Of a stretch of DNA of 64,000 bases, positions 1 through 11,545 are shown piece by piece. Position 1 is the first letter of the stretch; every line of letters starts with the position of its first letter. The stretch is from Massalongia carnosa (lineage: Eukaryota): the NCBI GenBank assembly GCA_965645245.1, contig OZ287075.1:1984001-2048000 (forward strand), given 5' to 3'. The notes below the pieces were generated by a model that searched no databases, was not told the origin of the DNA, and saw nothing but the letters and a program-made list of their open reading frames with translations. Both the position numbers and the translations under genes were made by a program.

Positions 1-2039
1 AAAATCTTCTTTTGCCCCTGATTGCCATGCTCGAAGAATTTCTGAATAACATAATTGCCAAATACGTCGGTCGTCAACTGTAAGGCGTTTGGATGAATTT
101 CACGAAAAACTTGCTCTTTTTCGTCGCTATTGGCCGTCTCCAGTTTTTGTTGAATAAATCTTGAGCCGTGCTGGTCGCCACTAAACTCCACAACGTAATT
201 GTAAATATCCTGTGAGGATTTAGTCAGGGATCCAGAACTGTTGCTTCCTCGTGTTTTACCTTCAACTCATACCGCTTGTTTGTTTTGCCGCTGGTTCTGA
301 ATTCTTCCAGGAGAGCGCTTCTTACATGACCAACTTCGTTCTCCCTGGCTGGTCCTCTGGGGACATGTGAAGGGATCATGGGGCTTGAGGCTGCGGGCAT
401 GTGGTAAAAGTGAGCATGAGGATTCATCCGCAGACTATTTGTCGGGCGGAAGTCGTAGGTGGGAGTGAAAGAGGGTCGGAACTGCATAGGATTCGGCTGC
501 GATGGATACCCTTGCTGCTCTTGCTGCAAGCCTCGCAATTTTCGATCCAAGAGAGCCGCTTGCCCGCTTGGCACATCATTAACATGAATACCAACTTTAG
601 GCACTCGAGACTGCATGCTCGCAGGGGAGGCTGCACCGGTGGAGTAGAAAGGGCTTTGTTGACTGCGTCGCGCGTCGCTATTGCTTGGAGAGGGCGAATA
701 TGGCGCGCCAAACGGTATTGCCCGATACTGGCTGGGATATGGAAGGAGTGCGGTGGTCAAACCACCATCTTGGCTGAAGCCATTCAGGTTCGCCTGGTAT
801 GCGTTATCTTCGGACCAGGCATCGCCAGTTTCATGGACAGCAAGTTGATGGGAGTACTCGTGCGTAAAGTTGTTATTGTGCCCATTGCTGGCCTCCTTTG
901 TTGGGATAGAGTAAAAACCTCCAATCTCCCTGCCGACGTTCATCTTGCTGAAATCTGCCACGAACGCACCTAGTTGGATTGGATTCGTCTGGCTGTCAAA
1001 CCTCTGTCCGTAAGATTCCGTTCGTGGCGCGTGCGAAGGGGCATGTGCTGATAGGTTTGGACGATGTGAAGGGGTTGATGCCGATTGACCCAGGTGTTGG
1101 AACTGAGTGTTGACAGGGTCGTCGCTGTAGCGAGATGGCTCCGCACCGTTGTGCGACGGCGGTAGGCTGCCACTACCGGACGCTGCACTGCTGGTATACC
1201 CCGACAGAGTACTCTGAGGAGCATGCCGCGTCGGTTGCATCTTGTAGCCTATTTCATTACAGCTGAGATTTACCGCTTTCGCAGTATACCGATTATCCTC
1301 ATCGCTGTTCTGTCGCGATGAACGACTCAATTGACTTTGATCGAAAGGGCCGGGAACAATGAAACTTCCCGACGGCGGATCTGGAAAAGGTTTCCGCGAG
1401 GGTTTGGTTGAGAGCCCTTGAGATATGGTAGCCCCTGGGTTAATGGCAAAATACGATGGATTCCCCGAGCTGGATTCGGCAATGGATTGAGGAAGAAACT
1501 GATTGCTGCTCTGACGACGCATGGGAGAAGAATTCGAATGATTGGTATGCGAGCTCGAGGCGGTTGGAGAGGTGCTATCAACAGTCTTCCACTGAGGATG
1601 GTGACTACCCCAGCTATCAGATTCTGACGACGGCAAGAGCGATCCAGATCCCGTGATAGTTTCCGTGTTGCATGGAGAAGTCGATAGATCGTCTTTGCTT
1701 CTGGAGTTAGCACGTTTCGATCAACGTGATTCGACGACGGCGGCGGCAGCACCAACCTTGAACTCGACCGGAATCGACAGAACCGTTTTTCAGCCCACTT
1801 CCGATGGCGGTGTTCCCCCAGATGCCACCGTTGATATTCCAGCCGCTTTGTCCACTCCCGAAGCCTGTCCGAAAAGCCGATCCATGCAACGGCCGTGCTT
1901 GCTCCCCGTTCGCCATGTTTGACCCGGAGCCGACGTTGCCGAACCTATTCCTTGCCTATTCCAACATTGGCTTAGCATAGTTCAATTGCTTGCCAAGAGG
2001 TATATGCTGGGAGTTCTGGAGCCTCACCGTGGATGCCAT
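1..2039 (-). CDS. PUF3: Pumilio-family RNA-binding protein, Puf3-type (3' end runs off the window)
   Basis: Spliced model: exons 2039-2028 (MAST), 1955-1757, 1692-260 and 209-<1. The last exon reads [62 protein letters not shown], i.e. PUF repeats 1-2. It follows a long S/Q/P-rich N-terminus. Confidence 0.93.
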
Positions 2040-5039
2040 CCTCGCAGACTTTTATGTTCTGACTGAGTATCGAATGGCGCTCATTGGCGAAGGTAGCGCA
2101 AAATCCCGTCACTTCAAACGTCTTCCATATGTTTGCCTACAATGATCGTCGATCTATACTCTAAACCCGTTATGTAAATATTGAAGTATTTCTAGACCAC
2201 CGAACGCTGTCAGCATGGGTTCGCGAGGAACACGGTGTGAGCAACTGACTGCTAACATGACATACACAAGACAAAGTCGCGGTGGCGAGATGGACCGGAC
2301 GGAATTCCATGTACAAGTAGAGGGTGGAAAAACAAGGAGAGGCAGGGGAACCGAGGGATATATATTAGGTGGATGTAAGGTGGTCGCAGCACCCCTTCGT
2401 TTGCCCTGCACTTGGGAAGATTTTCCGTTCAGCAGGCAGCCGTCCAGTAATCGGACGCAGATCGAATGATACTGGCAATCGTCCCCGCACAAGGCATCCG
2501 ACGAGTTTCACCGCCAATTGTTCACATATGGATTGTGGAATGAACCGGTATTTCCTTTGGTTGAAGAGAGTTTGTTTTTTTTAAGTGTCTGATACTGAGT
2601 GTCACCAGCAAGGGGGCGGCAGGATGTAGCGCGAGGAATGCTGTTGGGAAGTCGACTAGCTGTGAAGGTTTCAGTGTTACGGCGGGGAGGGGAGGCAGAG
2701 AGATGGTTTTGGAAGGTTTTGGAAGAATGGAAGGCGCAGTGTCAAATATTCTCTGAATTAATTAGGGTGTTAGGAGAGGTGGGGGGGGGGAGGGGAGAAG
2801 GAACGTGTTGAAGGCTATGTATGGTGTGGCATGGGTTAAGTCAGGTCTGGTCGATGGGATGTTCGATGGGAAGAGATGGGATGATACGAGTGTTTTCTAT
2901 CGTGTCGGTACAGAGTACAGGTACAAAGGTACTTGGTGGGATTTATACATTGTCAAAGCAATTTTACACCCTAGACGGCCGCTATCATGGAGGGAGTTAG
3001 GAAAATACGCACACGCACCCACCTACATACATGCCGTCCGGGGGATGGATTTCGGGCGCTTCCCGGGAGGTCGACAAACTGATCGCCCCCAGCGTGAATC
3101 ACTAGTGTCCGCTCCCTAAAATAGGTCAGGTACATCACGGACAGCGACTTGGCGAGGACGAGTACAGATGAGTTGCGGGTACTCTGTCCACGGTACGAGG
3201 AGCGAGGACTCGTTCCGGAGCGTCAGGTCAGGACTTGTACTCGGTACTCGGTACAGCGTAAGGTACAGAATACCGAGTACAGAGTACCTAGGGTGTGTAC
3301 TCGGTGCAGAGTAGCGAGTCGAGTACAGAGTCGTTACTGGTGCACATGAACAAAGCCCAAGGGGTGATGGGTTATGCGCATTCTAGTCAGAGTGGCACGA
3401 TGGGCAACGGTCGATGGGCGATCGACCGCGGGGGACTGGAGTGCTGAGTGCTCAGTGCTGAGAGCTCAGCGCTGAATACCGAGCACGGATTACAACGAGT
3501 ACAGAGTGCCTCATTCGACCACGAAAGGAAAACAAAAGAAAACCAGCTCTGGTGGAAAAAGCAAAGAAAGATATGGAGACCAGAGTGCAGGTAGAGAGAA
3601 TACGGCCACCAGGCTTCTAGTAGGTATATCCATCCGACTTCTCCTACTCTGCAGTTACCCTGTATTCCAGGCTTCTATCATCGGGCTTCCAACGTACCCT
3701 TCGGGTGCCTCTGTACCACCACCGGTCATTTGCCTCTTTAGAGGTTCAGGTGTCAGAGATGTTGGAGGTATCGGAGGGGTCGGAGAACTTGGCAAAACGT
3801 CCTGGGTCGAACGGCCGTTGAATGGAACCCTATTTTGGTCCCTAGTCGAAGTTAGTGATTGAACCCTCCATCCCTAAGCCCCATGAGCTCTAAATGATCC
3901 CTGTCCGGGTTTATATTCCCTGCTCCTACTCAGCCTTACCCTAAACTGCCTTCTTCGCCTCCTTCGCCTTATTTCCACTCAACCCACTCAGACATCCTCG
4001 AGTGCGCGCGCACGTTCTTGTCCTCGGAGCAGGACAAGGGAAAGCAAGGCCGGCGAGAAGAGAGGGGCGGCATTCACGAATTTATACTCCATAGCATTGG
4101 TACAGAGTAGCACCGGATCCTTCGCAGGTGCATGTGTGTGATCCTCTATCTCGTATTACCTGCGGCTGTACAGAGTACAAAATACAGAGTACAGATTCAG
4201 CGGCCGTGGAACCTCGATGGCCTGCGTGACGATACCTGGCGGAATCTATGAGCCTCACGATGCTGGATTCATCACCTCCAGCAGCCACCCATTTCTCTGC
4301 AAATTCGAGTAGATGCGCGCAATCGCCATTCGTTCACGTGAAGGGGTAGACATTGGCCCAATCTAGACCGGTGCATTTTGCAGCAAAAAGCCCAATGCTT
4401 TTCCTTTGAGGGTCCAAGGAGAAGGATAAGCTTCTACAAGGGTACACGAAGATATGTACGGAGTACATCCGTTCTTTATTGTATCGTAACGGAATGATCA
4501 CGACGAGCATCGCAAACCGATCGGATGTCTGGACGTCTGAGAGCGTCTAGTGGTGCAGTGGGTGATAGCGAGCCCGGGAAATCTACCTGATGCGTCTGCA
4601 GCCGTCGCCAACGCCATCAGAGTACACCGTACGTATGCGCGGTAGGAAGGGAAGGGGAGAGTCATACAGAAGGTAGGAGCGTGGCAGGGAATTACCGATC
4701 GCTACCTCCGGCTAGAGCTCGGAGGAGCATAAGGACTCGTAGTTCAGCGCTCCGTACACTGTAGACTGCAACGCACGACGTACTCCCTTCTGCGAAGGCA
4801 TCGATACCTGGAACCTATTGGATGCCTGCAATCAAGCGCTTTCGTGTGCAGAGTATAGCTGCCACCATGCGGCAAGCAATGAAAGGCTTAATACATGCTG
4901 AGTAGAAAGTACTTCTGTGTTTCTCTGTACCGCACACACATTACGTATAACCTTTCTTCAGCAATTTCTGTGGTTTGGGATGATATGGTCTGGAGGATGC
5001 GATACAGATATTCCATACTCTGTATTCCTTACTCCGTAC

Positions 5040-5112
5040 TGCGTACACGGTACACGGTACACGGTATACGGTACGAAGTACATGGTACACGGTACACGGT
5101 ATACCGTATACG
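5040..5112. repeat. Imperfect heptamer tandem repeat (TACACGG)n
   Basis: Sequence reads cgtacacggtacacggtacacggtatacggtacgaagtacatggtacacggtacacggtataccgta. Confidence 0.85.
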
Positions 5113-5856
5113 TAGGTAGGTAGGTATCTGTAAGGGAAACATTCGGATTTTGAATCAGCGAATTCTGATGAGAATTTGGAGAATTCGTGGAAACGCTGAC
5201 GAGTTCCGATTGGTAGGAAACAAAAAGAAAAGCAGAAGCGGAAACTCTCGTGATTGGATCAATTATGTTATTCGGAGTAAACGGTTCACGAGAAATGAGA
5301 AATGAGAAATGATTCGTCATACTTTTTTCGCGTGACGACAAGGCCTGTCATTGGCTGCAAACTCGTCAATTCAGTTTATCGGCGCCAAAAGGAGATTACT
5401 CCCTACCTAGATGTAATTCTAGCATTCTCCTTCTCCTTCGAATTTCCATCTCTCCTCTTCCTCCACCTCACCTCCCTTTTACCTCTTCCCAGCTGAGGTC
5501 GTTCTCCCTCCGATCCACTTCTTCGCTTCCCTTTCAGCGAAAGTCGCAGCTTCACTCTTTCAGCTGCTGAACTTGTCGCATTCCGCTCATTTCCACTCGT
5601 CTGCCCTGCGTCTTTGTGAAAACTTATTTCTCGCGCAACCACTTTAAACCCCCCCTCCTCTTAGCAAAAGCAAAAAGAGATCGCCAAGGTTCGTGCGTAT
5701 TATGCGTCATCGGCTTGAGAGGAACAGCAAGCCTGGGCTCTTACGCTCTTAAACTCCAACTGATCTTGATGACAGAGACGCGTTAACGACGAGGAGTCGA
5801 AGAACATTCAATCGCTCACTTGCCTCTGGAATCATTACATTCTCTTTTCAATCACA

Positions 5857-6483
5857 ATGCCTGCGCTCCACCTCGCCGTCCGCGCGGATGGAGACTCGAG
5901 CACCGCCCCCTCCCTAACCCCCACCATGACCAACCTCCTCATCGCCCTCATCACCCTCCTCTTCCTTAGCCTTGTGCTCACCGCCGCGCTTTTCGTTCTG
6001 CGCGCTCACCGTACCGCCAAACGCCAGCTTCATTCCCACCAACCCTTCTCCCCCACCGGCAGCAAACCATCCACCCACCGTCGCCTGACCATAACCGCCT
6101 CCCCTTACGGCCGCCGTTCCGAAAGCGTCTATCAGGTCTACAGCCGCGGTGGAACCGGCAGCTCCCACGGCGGGGAGAAACGCTCTCTTATCGCCGGGGC
6201 TACGAGCCCGCCCCAAAGCCCCATTCCGGAGATTCGCATCACCTTCCCCGAAGAGGAGGACGACGGATCAGGAAAGCGCAAGTCGGGCCGCGTGGTTGTG
6301 GTGCGCATCAGCGAGACGGGAGGCGTGGGACTGGAGCCGTATGTGGATGATGACGCATACTACGACGAGGACGAGAATTTGCCGCCATATCAGAAATCCG
6401 TGGGGGAGGGCAGGTTTGAATCGTTAGATTTGGACCGTATGGGCGGGTTAAAGGAGTTGGAAAGAGGAGTTCGCAAGTCGTAA
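5857..6483 (+). CDS. Single-pass membrane protein of unknown function, 208 aa
   Basis: Intact ORF with a good start context (CACAATG) and one hydrophobic helix (LLIALITLLFLSLVLTAALFVL). C-terminal motifs PEIRITFPEEED, SGRVVVVRISETGGVGLEP, LPPY and FESLDLDRMGGLKE resemble a conserved filamentous-fungal hypothetical family. Probable 5'UTR intron at 5689-5776. Confidence 0.8.
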   Translation: MPALHLAVRADGDSSTAPSLTPTMTNLLIALITLLFLSLVLTAALFVLRAHRTAKRQLHSHQPFSPTGSKPSTHRRLTITASPYGRRSESVYQVYSRGGTGSSHGGEKRSLIAGATSPPQSPIPEIRITFPEEEDDGSGKRKSGRVVVVRISETGGVGLEPYVDDDAYYDEDENLPPYQKSVGEGRFESLDLDRMGGLKELERGVRKS

Positions 6484-7029
6484 GGTGCTCCCCCATGTGG
6501 GATTAATTATCGGTCATCGGAGCGTGGAGGTAATGAGAACGACTTTTCTTCATATTTGTCAAAATTCATCCATAATCCCCGCCACCTCTCGAGCGCCAAT
6601 CTAACTCCCTACCTCCCTACCTCCCCCCTTCCCAATCGGGCCCTGCCGTTTTCTCTTCGTCTCCTCTTCGAGAAACGCCAAAGAAAACGGTCCTTCGAAA
6701 GCAAGACGAGAACCCCTTTTACGTACATTCCGCAAACAATAATCACCGCAACATACCAGAACCTAGGGAAAACCCCCGTCCAGTCCTCGGATACCTAACC
6801 AAATCTATTAATCCAAACCTAACCCCCCCCCTCCCACTTCCTTTTCCTCTCGCCTCCTCTCTCTCACCCGGTTATGTTACCATTTTCTGCTCAAAGTCTA
6901 ATTTCCCACCCCCACAATGTAAATAGACTCTGTTCGTTTTTGTTTTTGTTTTCTTGCCTTTTTCCCTCGTCTCGTTTTTGCTTGGGCGCTGGCCTGCTTG
7001 CTTGGTCGGGTTTGGAGGGATGCTCGCAC

Positions 7030-7220
7030 GCAGGCAGGCAGGCAGGCAGGTATATAGTCCAGCCCAGCCCAGCCCAGCCCAGCCAGCTACCTAGTTAGCT
7101 AATGTATGTACATGTATATGGGAAGTTTTGCCATTCGACAATGCCGCGTGGAATGTATCCTATCAGCCATATATATATACACTCACCTCAGGTTATATAC
7201 CCCCCCCCCCCCCCCCCCCC
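7030..7220. repeat. Microsatellite cluster: (GCAG)n, (CCCAG)n and a 20-nt poly-C
   Basis: Directly visible; the poly-C run is at 7201-7220. Confidence 0.85.
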
Positions 7221-8291
7221 AAAATATCCAGAAGATTACACGGCCCACCTCCTCATAACAATCCATCAATCTATCCCATCTCCAATTCGTCCACCTACCT
7301 ACCTATCTCCGCCCCACCAACGGTTCGGTGAAAGGCTCCTTACATCTTCTTCCATTTCGCATATATCCCCCCAACCAACAACTTACGGTACCTACCACCA
7401 CGCCAACTTCCCAACTCCTCCTCATCCCCATCTATCCAGCACCATTCCCCTCCCCGAGTGGGAATGGAGATGGGAGGGAAGGAGGGAAGGAAAATGGAAT
7501 TGGGGAAAGGGAGTGGAGTGGAGTGGAGTGGAGAGGAGAGGGAGAAATTTGCTGGTTGGCTAGGGATTTGCTGGTTGGGGAGGTACGTTTGGTTGGTTAA
7601 TTATTCGATAGGTGGATGTGATAGGTTGGGAAGATTTGGGTTTTCTACGCCCGTTCGTTCTTTCTTTCTTCCCTTCTGTGATTTTACGGCGCGCAAGAGT
7701 TTGGGTTACTGCGTCGGAAAAAAAGAACGCGAGGGAAGAAAAATTGATACGATATGAAAAGAAATAATAAAAGGAATGATTACACCCAGAACAGACAACA
7801 AGCAATAGCCGTCGACTTGTCTGCCTACCTACCTACCTAACTACCTACCTATCGAGAGCAACCGCGGACCGAAAGATTTCGTGTCTCTGCCGTTTTGAGT
7901 ATTTGTTCTCTCTCTCCCTCCCTCTCTCTCTTTCTCTTGGTTTTACCTTTTTTTTACTTTCTTCTCGCTTCTCCTGTCTTCCTTCCTTCCCTCCTCCTAG
8001 ATCCTATTGCTCACTTTCCCCTTTTACCTCTCCCTCCCATTTCGCTACTCGTTCGCTACCAATCCCTTCCTCTTCGCGCGTTCTCTCGCTGGCTCCTTTC
8101 TCCCAAACCAACTTGCCCGACACCTAGGGGTGATAGATTCCCCCCCGGGGTGGATTCGAGGCTGGCGCTATGGCTGGGGGTACTCTTACGAGGCAGAGCG
8201 CCTGGTTTTGTTTTGGTAGATTGGATGGATGGGTTTCCTTACCCCGGGGGGGGAGCCTTGTAGTATCACGCTGGAGATAGAGGAAGAGGGT

Positions 8292-9844
8292 TCATGCGCT
8301 GTAGGATGTTATGTAGTACTATGAGGGAATAAGTTAGGTGGGTTTTGCCAAAGTGAGGAGGGGAGGTGGGTCCAAGATAGAGAGATGGGGAGATGGGAAA
8401 GCGAGGGGACTTTTTTCAAAAGAAAAAAATAATTAAAAAAGGGTAGGAACATCGACTAAAGGAAGAAGTCGGGAGAGAAAGAAAACTGATTGCCTCACTG
8501 TAAGAACGGATTCATCGGCCCCGGTGTCGTCGTTAGGAAGGTAGACGTAAAGAATTAGCGCATGGTCGTGGCAAAAACCTAAAGCAAGAAAGAAAACAAG
8601 CGTTAGCGAATTTTTCCTCTCAGAGCAAATCAATCGCAACCCACAAGCAATGACCCTTCCCCCCAGCCTCCCAACACCCAACACTCTCCCCCAATCCCGA
8701 CCCTCCACCCTTACCACCGCCCACGCCTCCTCCCCCTTCTTCTCCTTCATGCGCGAGCTTGCAAGTCGGCTGATCCCCTCCTCCCCGTCGGGGACTTGCC
8801 CAGGGTCCAGCTCCGGGTTGGTTAGTCCCTGCCAGCGACTCTCGATCTTGAGCGCTGCGGTGGTGACACCGATACGCAGCACTCCGTGCATGTTTGCCGA
8901 GAGCACGAGCCGCGATTGCGAGGACGAAGATGAAGAGCCGACATCTTGAGCGCCGGCACCGCGCCGGGAGGATGCGGATGCGGTGACGGTGGTGGCGGTT
9001 GAGAGAGCTAGCTTGGTGAAGCGGTCGGAGATGGATTTTAGCTGCAGGAGGGGCGGGAGCAGGATATGCACGTCAGGGTCGCGGGCGGTAGGTTCATGGA
9101 TCATTTCTACGGCGGACGCAGCCAACACAACGACGGGAATAGACTGCGTGATGGTGGTTTCTCGATCCTGGGCGAACCCGAGCCCTGGCTCGGCAAGAAG
9201 TGAGTCATCGGGATTGTTGCCGGTGCTGTTATTGTTTTCGGCAGCGTCGGTAGGAAACGGCCCGTTTTCAGAGGTGGGGATGATCTGAGCGCGAGGATGG
9301 CGCGAGGAGAAAGCGCTTGTGGTTATGGTTAGGGAAAGGACCGGAATATTGTCTTGTTTCGTGAGACGGATGGAGGCGCTAGAGCCAGCGAGGGCGGAGC
9401 GGAGAGCGCGGACAAGGGAGGCAAGAGATACTTCAAGATTGATAGCATTGTGAGGAGTGGCGGACTGAATTGTGTAGGACTCGAAGATCTTGTCCTATAT
9501 AGGCGGAGTTAGCATGGGGTGGGATGGAGAGAAGGAGGTGGAGCGGAACCCGGAACTCGGAAAGCGGACAACGGACCTTGGAGAGAATTCTAGCCGAGGT
9601 TAGATGCTAGCGAAAAGCAGTGGGGGGGTTGAAGCAACATACGCCCAAACTTGTGCTCCAGGACCTTGCTCAGGAATGACTGTGAAGCGGACTTGATCGT
9701 CGTCCAGGCGGATCCAGACCACTTTGCCGAGCAACGAGAGCGAAGAGGTTAATTCTGAGAGAACGCGTTAGCGTCAGTCGTTGCGCGAAGGGAATACATA
9801 CTTGAAAAGATGCCGATGTTCTTGATTGAGGCTCGGAATCTCAT
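8292..9844 (-). CDS. HUS1: Checkpoint clamp (9-1-1) subunit Hus1/Mec3
   Basis: Six exons reading MRFRASIKNIGIFS / LGKVVWIRLDDDQVRFTVIPEQGPGAQVWA / 13-nt exon 9589-9577 / DKIFESYTIQSA..NAINLEVSL..PDVHILLPPLLQLKSISDRFTKL..LSANMHGVLRIGV / FCHDHALILYVY / YYITSYSA* (8318-8292). Confidence 0.92.
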
Positions 9845-10445
9845 GATGGCGGTTTCACTACGCAGTTGTGTTACATGGTTGCTGTATTTCCATTAGGCAT
9901 TTGTAGGGGATTAGAATTCTAAGAGATCGTTCGTTTGAATCTATACTTTAAACATCCACCAGCACCCAACTCTCCTCCTATATCTCATCCCCTACACAGT
10001 CCTTTCCGCTTCTTTTGATACCTGGATTTATCCATCCACATCCACGCCGCGCTTTCTCCCCACATCAGCTTCTCAAAGCCAGAAATCAGTCGTGAGATTG
10101 CATGGCTTCCATTAGGCATGAGGGGAAGGGGTCAATGACTGAGAAATCCCTAGAACGAATCGATAGATAGACAACTAAGTTAGGATCGGGAAGGTTCAGG
10201 GAAAACAGAAGTTTTGATAGCAAAGGAGAGAGTTCGGAAATGGTATTGATGCTATCTACATTCATCTAGATGTCTGCGTATGCAGAGCGACAACTTCTTT
10301 GGAACTTCTGACTTCACACAGAAAAGTCTCAAAGCCCGGATATAGCATCTCTAAATTTTCCAACCACCAATCCGCTTAACATCCCCCGAAACCTCAATGG
10401 ATAAATGATCCTCTCCATCTCCTAGCGCCAATTTTCTCAATGACC

Positions 10446-11545
10446 TCACAACTTGGACCCAGAAATCCCATAAAACCCTTCCTTTTCCTCGATGAACTCC
10501 CCAAAGCCTTTCATGTACTGGTCCATGTAATGGAGAAGCTGAACCTGTTTTTGGTGGTAGTCGTGCTCCGGTAACCGGAGCATGGCGTTCAACGTGATAT
10601 GTTCCTCCTGGAACATGCGCAGGCCGTCGTTGAACGCTTTGCTGTGAATCCGATTAAGACTGAATATCAAGCCGAAGTGAGTGAATTCGTTGCACATGCC
10701 GTCGCCCTGCATCATAGCTTTGTGGTACCCAAATTCTTGACGGACTCGATTTCTCGCGCTCGCGATGCGATGAAATTGTCCCATGGCGTTACTGCCTCGT
10801 AACAGCCGTATTGGGACCCTGCGAGGTCGATCGCGTAGGTTTCTCCATTCTTGGTGGTAACTCGATAGACTTTGTGGCTGTAGTCTGTTGGGTCCTTACC
10901 CCCGAGAACGTGGATGTTGAATAGCTGGCATTTGTGGTTCTTCGACTATACCGATTTCTTCGATACCAGAGTAAATGTCTTGTGGGTGTCAGTAAAAGCA
11001 CAACAACCCTCAAGTGCCACGAATAAGGTATCTTATTTCTTCTGAAAGATTTTTCTGTCTCCTTGAAGAACTTATGGATACGCACCCTTAACCATCCACT
11101 CAATCATCTCGAGCATATAAGCTATAGCATCTGTAGACGAAAGATATGTCAGGACAGCCAATTTATCATTTTCGTCTGGAAAAAGATCTTTGGGAAAAGG
11201 GACGAGAAACTGCGTCTCGCCGTAGTAGCCTTCATAGAGGTATAGACCATTGTGCTTCTTTTCCGTCTTGGCTATTAGTCTGTCAAAAATCTTCTCCCTG
11301 TAAAGGTAAAATGCAAGTTGCGCCATGGCTCCAGCACGGTACAAGGTCTTGCGCGCCTGATGCGGTTTGCAGAGCTCTTTGTGGGTTTTCCAGTGGGATC
11401 TTTGACAAACTGCACCACAATACCACATCTTTGCGACCACTTTTCCATCGATACCTGGCGCTTCGTTGCAGCCGTTGCAGACCAGCTTAGCATCTTGGCG
11501 ACAATAAACACATATGGGGCCCCTGGGTGCGTTTGAGGAAGACAT
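10446..11545 (-). pseudogene. MYND zinc-finger protein with two apparent frameshifts
   Basis: Exon 1 carries the MYND finger (CVYC..CNGC..YCGAVCQRSHWKTHKELC). After the intron (~11085-10979), spliced frame DIYSGIEEIGI stops early. The homolog-like text HKVYRVTTKNGETYAIDLAGSQYG..PW is in a second frame, and EFGYHK..LLHYMD..SKL* is in a third. Confidence 0.7.

Noticed and set aside
401..973. 190-aa plus-strand ORF and similar antisense ORFs over PUF3, GAS2, the secreted protein (31306-31953), ITT1, AIM32 and the LAT gene
   Set aside because: Shadow ORFs on the opposite strand of well-supported genes; no motifs of their own.
5040..5112. Repeat arrays as possible CRISPR or telomere
   Set aside because: No unique spacers and no TTAGGG units; simple tandem repeats in a eukaryotic genome.
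6556..8263. Several 67-153 aa ORFs between the membrane-protein gene and HUS1
   Set aside because: They translate microsatellites and homopolymer tracts in convergent 3' regions.
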